DNA of 64,000 bases from an uncultured Pseudomonadota bacterium (GTDB lineage: Bacteria; Chloroflexota; UBA5177; JAJPKF01): the NCBI GenBank assembly GCA_963836045.1, contig CAWIIC010000016.1, positions 886 to 64,885 on the forward strand, given 5' to 3'. Below, piece after piece: positions 50,001-58,525 of this stretch (its first letter is position 1; every line of letters starts with the position of its first letter). Under the pieces are notes generated by a model. The model saw only the letters and a program-made list of their open reading frames with translations, had not been told where the DNA came from and did no database searches. The position numbers and the translations under genes are program-made.

Positions 50001-50509
50001 TGCAGAGAGCTCGACTCGCTTTGCCACGCCTGGTCGTTGCTGCCCTGACTGTAGAAGTGCGGGTAGGGCCCCCAGACGTCCAGCTCCCCAATGGAATATG
50101 TGAAAGCGGCGGTACTTGCAACCGTTGAGGCGGGACGAATGAGGCACAGGTACTTCACGCAGAGAGTCCCTGCCGGAATGTTGGCATAAACCGGCACGGT
50201 GCTGCCGTCGGGCACGCCGTTAGGAGCGTAGGCTGTAATGGTCGTACTGTTCTTGACCTTGAACGACGCCGACACGTTTCCGAAGAGGACCTGGTTGACT
50301 GCACCCAGTCCGCACCCAGTGATGGTGATGGGTGTGTTGGCTGGACCGTAGTCGGGACTGATGCCGCTGATTACAGCCTTTGTGCACGCATCCCCAACGA
50401 GAGCGGCCTTCACGGCCTGTGGGCTGGTGGCCACTCCCACGACGGAGATGACCACGACTAGTACCGCCAAAATGTGTCGACGACTGCCTGTGGACGACCG
50501 GCTGCTCAT
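47030..50509 (-). CDS. Large secreted cell-surface protein: N-terminal IPT/TIG domain, long Ser/Thr/Gly-rich middle, SLH-like motifs, C-terminal Ig-like regions
   Basis: AAGGAGG upstream. Signal ILAVLVVVISVVGVATSPQAVKA. ISGISPDYGPANTPITITGCGLG..VLFGNVSASFKV.NSTTITAYAP (IPT/TIG). FVDVRPGDPASQAIDVLTYLGYMSA..DDAFRPSAAITRIELAGAL (SLH-like). Confidence 0.7.
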   Translation of the reverse strand: MSSRSSTGSRRHILAVLVVVISVVGVATSPQAVKAALVGDACTKAVISGISPDYGPANTPITITGCGLGAVNQVLFGNVSASFKVKNSTTITAYAPNGVPDGSTVPVYANIPAGTLCVKYLCLIRPASTVASTAAFTYSIGELDVWGPYPHFYSQGSNDQAWQSESSSLHEELFQPPDTLPFALPNQTFHIATYFNDQSGSFPENQSGTWGSNGQYRNLGDTGGYGASLQVCDVESGVSQKYGTCTNWDGNTGYWEDVPSTYVSDSLTSPGGDGTAHGGLTIQAPDPNSSQTNSDHVATYRFQWYVSETDSHGGTPLYRSSNGFSKGFNVIWAPVAYAQMTVEPYTILYHPTGDLSKASYTTNLGFGTDYKLSNDSTTSDNYKDTQTNSAKFEDSITAGILGVNFSDSYKWDNSTVAGFGSTVSSSDESTDTTAIKTTWAFNNPDNSLVPGDGSTCAPPAQTGQSWDCSTGDLIHPSRLAQYTGEPFWEDEFLLNLHTQYRVYEVSAGQSLWITKAAVPTLAHVSVLQLEDCRIGQWSAGVDPCLIQFGGVEITYNGNVVYHPTSCNDMPPQTPEDSCVELTSQEAANLLALDPFYGAGQGADVQTSRGIPISPNVGSYGASYPYNEKNPLDFSQSWDNTNKTTQGSGTVLTSKSGYSDVNTTDVGGGFTLTESYGGLSEKGTMTLSSGEQTSEDYSQDTKYSDSTANTTTQETTAAVDLNDFDNTTSASPSCPKCHNPMPQQPEANVYLDRAFGTFMYQDPNAPGSPSLIGKLATYKRYLAINYLGTVNGQAVSRERFVDVRPGDPASQAIDVLTYLGYMSANADDAFRPSAAITRIELAGALGGMVHLAPSRVLTLTFGSSRGQNLPVTEAALVTGLVKTLKIKKGVAMGYLKQAFHTYASRRAVTRGQAAEVLFAALRSSCLEGCSFNKVQPPVTPVQNVVSLAVGPSGGSVLQGQSVSAMVQTSQYSGRLLRMKLGIRGLPLGTTASLKPASLLAGKSSKLTIRTSPSTPAGTYPITITAAPSDPVSAGSTRTVTYDLTVNPVKVATKFQSFQCSSSGSNNISCQGTLDSTVVTPAGGPTPLANRIVRITYSPPDGSAPVVDIAQTDTNGSFSDTLTTPTGGPLTAGTWQVAGLYAGDRTSDATSGSQSVIVQGP

Positions 50510-51016
50510 GGGATGCCTCCTTTGATAACCAACTGCAGCACACTCAGAACTCAGCTCTCAGCAATTGAGGTCAACCACCTCTGGCCAGCCCCCATGCAAG
50601 ACGCTGGGCTCAGTGGCAGACCTACGACCTTTGTTCGCCACGTACCGAACACCATCCTGTCCCCAAGTGTTCCTCTTCCGTTTCCGGGATGGTCTCACCG
50701 ATGCCCCAGCCTCGATCGTGGCGAGCCGTACTCTCAGGGGACGGTGACCGGCGAACACTGATCGCTACACCGGCGGCGAATGCTTGAGCACCTACTCCCA
50801 AGAGAAGAATGGCCACCGCGACCGTTGCTATGTGCGGTGGCTTTCGCGTCTCGCTTCGTCGCAAATCGGACGACTTAAAAGACAATCCTACACCCATCCA
50901 GGCAACTTGTCAATAGTCAAACTCAGTCACAGAAACGGGTGTCACGACAGCGCGATCGTTGACCATCTCCAGCCGCTCGCTTGCTTTGAAAAGCGCGGCG
51001 ACAGCAAAGCTTCTAG

Positions 51017-51222
51017 TTCGAAAATGAGTGGTCCGAGAATGGCTGTCTCAATGGACGTACGACCCGACCCGGCGCCCATTTTTATGGTTCGTGGTGCCCC
51101 AAAAGGCATGGGAGGCTAGTTCGAAAATGACCGGTCCGAAAATGACTGTCTCAATAGGCTTAAGACCCTCATCCGGCTCCTATTTTCATGGTTCGTGGTG
51201 GCCCAAAGGCATGCGTGGCTAA
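51017..51222 (+). repeat. Intergenic composite repeat, locus C: two tandem type I units (51017-51119, 51120-51222)
   Basis: Each unit runs from TTCGAAAATGA to GGCATG.G.GGCTA(G/A). Each holds an ATG-to-stop reading of 31 codons (ATG at 51024 and 51127). Confidence 0.85.
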
Positions 51223-51546
51223 CGATCCCGACCTCCCGGATATCGGCAGACCTCGTCCTGGATCAACCACCAGCCGCCGAGAAGTTATCCACAATGCTCC
51301 TAAAAGAGCCCTAAAAAGCCGCGGACAGTCCTCTGTCCATGGCCTTTCGCTAACTCCCGTTTTTCGGCGCCAGCATTGGCCCCGCGCCCGACACGCAAAA
51401 ACGTTCACTCGTCCGTCAGCTATAGATACCGACAGAAACGACGGCTTACCGAAATCCTACGCCTATTCGCCCGCCCGCGCGCCACGCAACCCCGGCCCGG
51501 AGCCACACAGACCCAGTCCGCATCCAACCGGGTACCCCAACCACTA

Positions 51547-51770
51547 AATCGACAATGAGTGGTCCGCGAATGGTTGTTTCAAGGGGCTTAAGACCCTGGC
51601 CCGGCCCCTATTTTTCATGTTTCGTGGCGCCCCGAAGGCATGGGAGGCTAACTCGAAAATGGCATCGCAATCCTCCCCGGCGACCACCACCGCGACTACT
51701 ATGGTCTTCCATGCCCGGGCGGTAGCGGTCGCTGGAACTGAAAACTGAAAACTGACAACTGACAACTACT
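51547..51770 (+). repeat. Intergenic composite repeat, locus D: type I unit (51547-51651), type II module with hairpin (51652-51735), heptamer array (51736-51770)
   Basis: Type II module: CTCGAAAATGGCATCGCAATCCTCCCCG GCGACCACCACCGC...GCGGTAGCGGTCGC TGG. Then AACTGAA AACTGAA AACTGAC AACTGAC AACTACT. The CTA at 51766-51768 is the reverse complement of the crp stop codon. Confidence 0.85.
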
Positions 51771-52512
51771 TTGTTTCGGTTTGGGCCTCCAACGCCGCAC
51801 GGTTCGTGACCATCACGCGTCCGCGAGAAGTCTCTACAACGCCCTCAAGCCGCCATCGCCCAAGGATCTCTGAGACAGTCTGGCGGGTGCTTCCGACCAT
51901 ACTTGCCAGCTGCTCTTGCTGGATGGCTATAGGAACGCGACACCCCGGAGGTTGGTCAAGACTAAGCAAGGTTTTCGCAAGGCGGCCCCCCACGTCGAGA
52001 AATCGCGTTGTCCTGATTCTGTCGTCCGCTGCCCTCAGCCGTCGGCTCAGCGCCCGTATCAAGTTGAGCATGGTTTCAGGATGGCTGTAGAGGTGGGCAA
52101 ACAGGTCCTGCCTCGAAATCGTCAATAAGTCTGCTGCTCGCGACACGATTGCCGTAGCCGAGCGCGGCTCGTCGTCTAGAAGGGCCATCTCTCCCAAGAA
52201 GCCGCCAGGCCCAACTTGTCCGAGCGTGATCTGATCTCCCTCGGCAGACCCGAGCACGAGGTCCACCGTTCCGGAACAAACCACGTAGGCTTTGTCTCCG
52301 GCATCGCCCTCTAAGAAGAGAATCTGACCTTTTCGAGCCCTCCTCCGCCCTACGAGGCGAGAAAGCTCGTCCAGGTCGGACGCGGGGAGTCCCTCAAACA
52401 GAGGAAGGGCCGCAAGAGTCGAGGCCGCGTCTTCCCTTTCCGCTTTGCCACCTTCTTTGATACATGAGAATGTAGGCTGATCGTCAGATAACGCTACCGC
52501 ATTGCCGGTCAC
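51766..52512 (-). CDS. Crp/Fnr-family transcriptional regulator
   Basis: 248 aa. LPLFEGLPASDLDELSRLV..RRARKGQILFLEGD.GD.AYVV.SGTVDL...GGFLGEMALLDDEPRSATA (cNMP-binding-type effector domain). C-terminal HTH QEQLASMVGSTRQTVSEILGRW. Confidence 0.85.
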   Translation of the reverse strand: MTGNAVALSDDQPTFSCIKEGGKAEREDAASTLAALPLFEGLPASDLDELSRLVGRRRARKGQILFLEGDAGDKAYVVCSGTVDLVLGSAEGDQITLGQVGPGGFLGEMALLDDEPRSATAIVSRAADLLTISRQDLFAHLYSHPETMLNLIRALSRRLRAADDRIRTTRFLDVGGRLAKTLLSLDQPPGCRVPIAIQQEQLASMVGSTRQTVSEILGRWRLEGVVETSRGRVMVTNRAALEAQTETK

Positions 52513-52539
52513 CGAACCCGTGGGCCGCCCATGGCTGGA

Positions 52540-52638
52540 GCAGTTGTTTCGCAGCCGTGGTCCGGTGTTTCATTGCCCGGCCGGTCGTGGTCGCCTGAAA
52601 CTGAAAACTGAAAACTGACACCTGACAACTAAAAACTA
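52540..52638 (+). repeat. Intergenic composite repeat, locus E: short type II-tail remnant plus heptamer array (52595-52638)
   Basis: ...GGTCGTGGTCGC CTGAAA CTGAAAA CTGAAAA CTGACAC CTGACAA CTAAAAA CTAC. The CTA at 52636-52638 is the reverse complement of the stop codon of the frame-corrected HExxH gene. Confidence 0.8.
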
Positions 52639-54490
52639 CCCGAGATTCATCTGAATGAGCTTCCATCCCTTTTGCGTGGCAACGGATAGCATCGTAACGT
52701 AGTAATCCGGCGCGGGCCAGTTGCAGCCCTGACTGGTATCGTACGCGCTGCAGTCAAAGTACGAAGCGGCTGCGATGGTGTACCGGCCCGCCGGTTGTTG
52801 GTAATCGCAGAGCTGGTCCTTGTCAGCCGCCCGTGTTGACCGATCTGCAGCTTACCCCCTGAGCGCTGTGCTGGAAGTCGGACGCCGTGCTGCCCACGAC
52901 AACCCACGGATTTGGAGGATGGTCCGGATCGAGAAACGTCCAGGTTGTGATTCCGGTCGTGGTGGTGAACCGTCGGTTTCCCACGATACTGAGATACGCG
53001 ATCCGTCCGTTTCGGAACATCGCTATCACGGGAGCGTTGAGACCTTCACTGTAGTCCCGCAGCTGACACGTGCTGCCATCGCCCAGGTGGCACGAAATTG
53101 GCTGGAAGGCGTGGGCCAGCTTGGCCGCGGTGTCGGCCTCCTGCGTGGTCATGCCCAGATGAAGTGGACCGACCTCGAACCCAGGCACGATCACATGCTG
53201 TCCCGGGCATGGGGTCTTGCTCGTCAGAACCTTGAAATTAACGGAGCTCGGCGCCGTCTTCGCCGTGGTCGTCAGCGCCAGTCGGATGTCCTCCGTTGCG
53301 GGTAGCGGCAGAGAGCCTTCGGCATATCCGTTCCGGCAGAACAGCTCGTCGAAGCTGTCGCCCGGGTGGAGGTGCGAGAACGAGCCCTTACCAAGGTTGA
53401 TCCACAACTCGAGCCCTGCCGGAAGCTTGTGGATCTTGAGCTCAACCTGCTCGATGTTGCCGGCGGGCACCAGATCCGGAAGTCTGGCTGCCAAAGGCTG
53501 AGCGGTGGGCGTCGTCAGGGTATGCTGCGGCTGCGTGATCGAGACCTTCTTCAGCTTGGCCCGCGGCCCAAAGGCCGGGTTCTGGTTCGTATGATCCGCC
53601 CAGAAGGACGCCACCTCGTCCGCCAGAGATTCTTTGGTCTCCTTGAGTGCGGCGTCGACACCGGCCGTAGCTCCAAGCTCGCGTACCTTCAGAATCGATT
53701 CCTTTAGAAACGCCCAGTTCGCCGCCGTCGGCATGCCGTCTGTGTTCAAAAGCCATTGCACGAACACGTAGGCCGCGTATTGATGACGCCCGGCGCTGGC
53801 ACTGAGGAAGTCCATGGGAACCTCCGGATGGTCCGTCACGTCCTGCACGCCCTCGTCCGGTGACAATCCCATCCAGTACTCCGCTGCCGTCGCGGTGGCC
53901 TCGAACCACCAGTTTGAGCCGGTCGTAAGCTCTCGTAGCAAGGCGAACTGGGCCGCGTGAAACAGCTCGTGCACGACGACCGCGTCCATGTATGCGGGGT
54001 CAGAGGCGGTGGTACCATCCACGATCAGCGAGCCCCAGGTGGGGTGACCACACTGTGGCGCGAAGAGGCCATCGAAACTACCGTCTCCGCTCAGCTTTCC
54101 CTCTGAGATGAGGATTGGAAATGGCCCGGGCTGTCCCGGCTGCAGAAGGGAGGTGAGGCCCAGCCCCTTCTCATATGTCTGAAAGACCTTGAGGCTGCGG
54201 ATCGCGTTGGCGACGTCCACGGCGTCGGCCTCCTGGGCCTTGGCGCTTCGTACCACGAACTGATCTCCGGGCTTGGACGGAGCTGCGGTCCCGCTCGAAG
54301 CGCCACCGATGCAAGATTCATCCCGAACGATGTGGGCCATCGGGTGAGGGGAGTCGGCCGAGGCGATTCCGCCAGAGCTCGCACCGCCGATCAATAAGCC
54401 GGTGAAAATCAAGACGCGAAGGAAAGTATGCCTGGGGACAGGCGGTAGGAGTCGCCCAACGACAGAGGCGCTCTTGCAAACTATTGACAT
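52636..54490 (-). pseudogene. Secreted HExxH-motif protein (putative zinc metallopeptidase); C-terminal about 65 aa lie in another frame
   Basis: Start set at ATG 54490 (GGGAGGAG upstream). Signal-like FLRVLIFTGLLIGGASSGGIASA. AVVVHELFHAAQF (HExxH). ORF 52823..54565 stops at 52823, but a third frame continues with the protein-like ADKDQLCDYQQPAGRYTIAAASYFDCSAYDTSQGCNWPAPDYYVTMLSVATQKGWKLIQMNLG to TAG (52636-52638). Confidence 0.6.
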
Positions 54491-54688
54491 TCGTCCACTC
54501 CTCCCGGTGCTACGAGTCGCTCTGAGAACCTTCACCTTCTGGTTCTTACTGCCAGTCTTACGCACCGATTGGGCGTCAGACCATGAGATGTCACAGAGTT
54601 AACCCACGGAATACCTTCGTTACCGTGGTTCGGTTGACATTGTTAGCATCGGATAAGGAATTCGAGCTATGTCGAGCTGTACCACCTG

Positions 54689-57597
54689 ATGCCTACTACC
54701 AGCTTCCCTCCCTTCGCCGATCTCCTCAAACGCCATAGATTGGCCGCCGGACTCAGCCAGGAGGAGCTGGCCGAGCGCGCGGGCATGAGCCCACGGACGA
54801 TCAGCGACCTGGAACGGGGCGTCAGTCGCGCACCACACCGCCAGACAGTCGACCTGCTCGCCGATGCCCTGAATTTGGAGGTCGAGCATCGGGCGGTTCT
54901 GGCGGACTCGATCAGGCGCCGCCGCCGGCCGCGCCCGACTGAGACCATGACGGCGGAGCAGTTTATGGGCGCACTGCCCGGCGCTTTGGCACCGCTCGTT
55001 GGTCGGGAGCGAGATGAAGCTCAGTTAATGCATCTGATCTGCCGGCCCGACACCAGGCTCCTCACTCTGACCGGGCCGGGCGGCGTTGGGAAGACGCGTC
55101 TCGCTCAACGGGTCGGCGACACGATGAAGGAGGATTTCCCCGACGGCGTCGTCGGCATCGGTCTCGCCGCAACTCAGGATCCGGCTTTGGTTCCCGCGGT
55201 CGTCGCTCAGGCCGCTCGCGCTGCCCGATCAGTCAAGTCGCTCGATCGTAGAGCGGCTCGCCGGCCACCTCCGCGATAAGCGGCTGCTTCTTGTCCTGGA
55301 CAACTTTGAGCACCTGATGGACGCGTCCACCTTTGTGGCCGACCTTCTCCGCACGGTGCCAACCATCAAGGTCTTGACGACGAGCCGGTCTCCGCTCCGC
55401 GTAAGAGGCGAGCAGGAGTATCCGGTGAGACCTCTGGGCCTGCCGGACCACGACCTACTCGAAGGCGATGATCCCGCGCGCTATCCTGCCGTCGCCCTCT
55501 TCGTCCAACGAGCGCGGGCGGCGAAGCCGGATTTCGACGTCGGTCGTGAACAGTGGGGGGTTCTCGTCGAAGTATGCCGCCGCCTCGACGGGCTCCCGCT
55601 TGCGCTCGAGCTCGCCGCCGCCCGCGTGAAGGTCCTGTCCCTGGAGGCCATGTGCGAGCGGCTCGGTTCGGAAGGGCGTGGGTTGAACCTCCTTACTCAG
55701 GGACCCCGAGACCTTCCGGAACGGCAGCAGTCGATGCGCTCGGTCATCGCCTGGAGCTATGACATGCTCCCTGAAAACCTCAAGTCGCTCTTCTGCCGCC
55801 TATCGGTTTTTGTCGGCGGATTCACCCTGGATGCGGCCGAGTCGGTGTGTGGGCATGATGACCGCGTCGAAATCGAGAACATTCCCAGCTGCCGCGGGCG
55901 ACCACCTCGGCGATTCCGTCGTGGGCGACACTACGACGAACGCGCAAAACCAGCACCGCCCAGGCCCATTCGGCCGGGCCAGCAGGTGAGTTGCCCAACG
56001 GCGAAAACGCCGGCACGGTGACCAAACTCGAGCACGCTGGCGCGCTGACCGACGACGAGAACGCCGGGACCGTGACCAACGACGAGCCCTCTGGCGGACT
56101 GCGCAACAGCGGGCACTCCGGCGAGCCGACCAACGGCGCGTACGCCTGCACCATGACCGATGCCGAGGTCGCCGGCACCCTGACCAACAACGACCAGACC
56201 TCGTTGGTTGACGCCTTGGGCTCGCTCGTCGACGCCAGCCTCGTGATAAGCTCCGACACCGTTCACCGTGAGCCGCGTTTTTCCTGCTGGAGACGTTGCG
56301 TGAATTCGGCCGGGAGCAGCTCGCAGCCTCCGGTAACTCCTGGCCGGCCGGCGCGAGCCACGCCGCCTACTACCGTGCGCTGGCGGAGAGGGCCGAATCG
56401 GAGCTGATGGGCCGGGACGAGGCTTCCTGCCGGGAGTGCCTGGAGCGGGAGCACGGAAACGTCAGCGCAGCGGCCGCCTGGGCTCTGCAACACGATGACG
56501 CCGAGACCGCCCTCGCCATCGGTGGCTGCCTCGAGATGTTCTGGTTTCGAAACGGACACGTGCGCGAGGGCCTGGACCTCCTGAAGGCCGCTCTTTCTCG
56601 CCTCGAACCGGTCAGCGGCGAAGAGCTGCACACCGGCCGTAGTTTCGGAGGCCCTGACGATCGACGCCGTGGGAGCGAGTCTCAGCACCTCTCCTTCAAA
56701 ATCGACGGCGCCGAAGCTTTGGGCCATACACGCACACACCCGATGATCCCCAAGGTCCGCGCGCGAGCCCTCGAAGCGGTGGGCTTCCTCGAGTGGATTA
56801 CTGGCGACGCTGGCGAGGCCCGCCGGCATCTCGCCGAGGCCTTGGAGCTCCACCGCGACCTGGGACACGACCGCCGCATGGCCTGGACGCTGATCAGACT
56901 GTCGAATCTCGACGATCCACCCCGAGCCCGCCGCGCGAGATTGGTGGAAGCTATCGAGATCGCTCGACGCGTGGGGGATCATGCCGCCCTCGCCCGTGGG
57001 CTCACCAATCTAGGCGGTCTTGAGCTGGAGCAAGGCCGCTATGCTCCGGCGGGCGGTCACCTACGCGAAGCCGAGGCTGTTCTGTCCGGATCGGGAGCCG
57101 CCAATGAGCTGGCCAGCGTGCGCAACATGGTTGCCTGGACCGCCATTGGTCAGGGCGACCTGGCTCCGGCCGCTGCCATCTTGAAGCACACGCTGAGCGA
57201 CTTCCGATCCCTCGGCGATAGGCGGGGATTGGGATCATCGCTCCACGCGCTTGGGTGGACCCGCTTAGAATCCGGTGACCCACAGGGCGCTACAGATTTC
57301 ATGCGGCAAGCTCTGTCCGAGTGGTACGACGTCGGACTGGCCAGCCTGATCCCGTACAGTCTCCACGGACTGGCCTGCGCGGCTGCCGCTCAGGGCGACG
57401 CCGAGCGCGCGGCAGTACTGTTCGGCGCCGCCCAAACGCTGGCCCGCGCTTCGGGTACGATGCTGTGGCGCTATGAGACGACGCGCGGAAAGACGCTTGC
57501 CGCCCGTGCCCGTGCCCAGCTCGGCGATCACGAGTGGAGAGCCGCCTGGAAACAGGGAGCGGGTCTCAGCCAGGACCAGGCGGTCAGTCGGGCCTGA
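54689..57597 (+). pseudogene. XRE-HTH + NB-ARC/LAL-like ATPase + TPR regulator, broken by at least three frameshifts and carrying a repeat insertion
   Basis: FADLLKRHRLAAGLSQEELAERAGMSPRTISDLERG and LTLTGPGGVGKTRLAQ are in ORF 54689..55279. LLLVLDNFEHL...VLTTSR...LPLALELAAARV...LSVFVGGFTLDAAE are in ORF 55317..56021. LVDALGSLVDASLV is in ORF 55991..56407. LLETLREFGREQL and the TPR region are in ORF 56296..57597. Switches are near 55210, 55860-55990 and 56283. Confidence 0.8.
56003..56191 (+). repeat. Degenerate 27-nt (nonapeptide) tandem repeat, about 7 units, inside the regulator pseudogene
   Basis: In the ORF 55991 frame it reads ENAGTVTKL EHAGALTDD ENAGTVTND EPSGGLRNS GHSGEPTNG AYACTMTDA EVAGTLTNN. 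Antisense ORFs show the same 9-aa periodicity (VVGQGAGDL GIGHGAGVR...). Confidence 0.65.
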
Positions 57598-57848
57598 GCC
57601 AAAAGGCGTCTCGAGCGGTCCGTTTGCCCGATGACGCTCGACCTGCGTCCGCCGGCAGTCCCCGGTATGACAACAGATCATGGCGCCGGACAAGAGATAC
57701 AAGGGAATACGGCCAACTTTGGCTGGTCCGGACCGTCTCACCAATTAGTGCATGGACACCCGCAGGGCGAACTCACAGTATTGGGCCAAAAAGGGCTATA
57801 GCGTTTGAGGGGGGTCTGGCCAGTCCGCGTCATGGTACGGTAAACCGC

Positions 57849-58055
57849 ATGGCGATGAAGAAAACCACCATCTACCTGCCCGACGAACTCAAGGCAAGAC
57901 TACAGCGTGCGGCGGTCGAGTCCCACCGGAGTGAGGCGGATATCATCCGGGAAGGCGTTCGCCTCGCAATCGAGCAGCATGAATCTCCTCGGCCGCGGTC
58001 AGGCATCTTTAGCAGTGGTATACCGCATTTCTCGGAGCGAGTCGACGAGTTCTGA
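57849..58055 (+). CDS. vapB: Ribbon-helix-helix antitoxin, paralog of the 44688 VapB
   Basis: MAMKKTTIYLPDELKARLQRAAVESHRSEADIIREGVRLAIE. Start set at ATG 57849 inside the longer ORF 57534..58055. Confidence 0.7.
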   Translation: MAMKKTTIYLPDELKARLQRAAVESHRSEADIIREGVRLAIEQHESPRPRSGIFSSGIPHFSERVDEF

Positions 58056-58071
58056 AGGGACTCGGCACTAG

Positions 58072-58462
58072 GTGATACTGCTCGGCACCGGGCGTTTGTC
58101 GCGAACCATGATCGGGACGACTGCTGCCACCGTTGGTGTACGCAACCTCGCGGAGTCTGATAACTCGGGCCTTCTGTCGCCTTTCGTGCTCGCTGAGCGC
58201 GACCATCTGATAATCTGGACGTTAGTCAGGTCGCGGAGCAAACCGCTCCGTGTAGCCAAGGGAGCGCACGAGCTCGCTGCCTCGGGATAGAAGCCGGTTG
58301 AGGCTCAAGCGCTAAGCTGGGCCTCGCCGACGCTTCGATCGTGATCCTATCGTGTCGGTTCGTTGTGCAATGACCTGCCGACGCTCGACCAGCGCCATTT
58401 TACGAACCATTGTCGGCGCTGGTAGACACCCGTTCCGTCTTCTTACCAGGACGAAGATCGCG
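58072..58462 (+). pseudogene. Decayed PIN-domain (VapC) toxin
   Basis: MILLGTGRL...LLSPFVLAERDHL is in ORF 58072..58290. Then LGLADASIVILS, LTLDQRHF and GAGRHPFRLL appear in successive different frames. Order and spacing mirror VapC at 44912..45331. Confidence 0.6.
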
Positions 58463-58525
58463 CTTGACCATCGATTCATCAAGCCATACCGCAGCGGATC
58501 GGCGATCCTGCTGTATGCTTTACTT

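Noticed and set aside
51547-52638. Integron-like gene cassette with attC sites flanking crp.
   Set aside because: No integrase is present in the window. The repeat ends do not fit the attC core consensus (GTTRRRY / RYYYAAC). The neighbouring genes are far larger than typical cassettes. I kept it as a descriptive cassette-like observation only.
55822-56266. Minus-strand ORFs with nonapeptide periodicity (VVGQGAGDL GIGHGAGVR...) as a separate repeat-protein gene.
   Set aside because: The periodicity is a property of the 27-nt DNA repeat and appears in all frames. The flanking plus-strand sequence is clearly the regulator gene, and there is no independent start or RBS on the minus strand.
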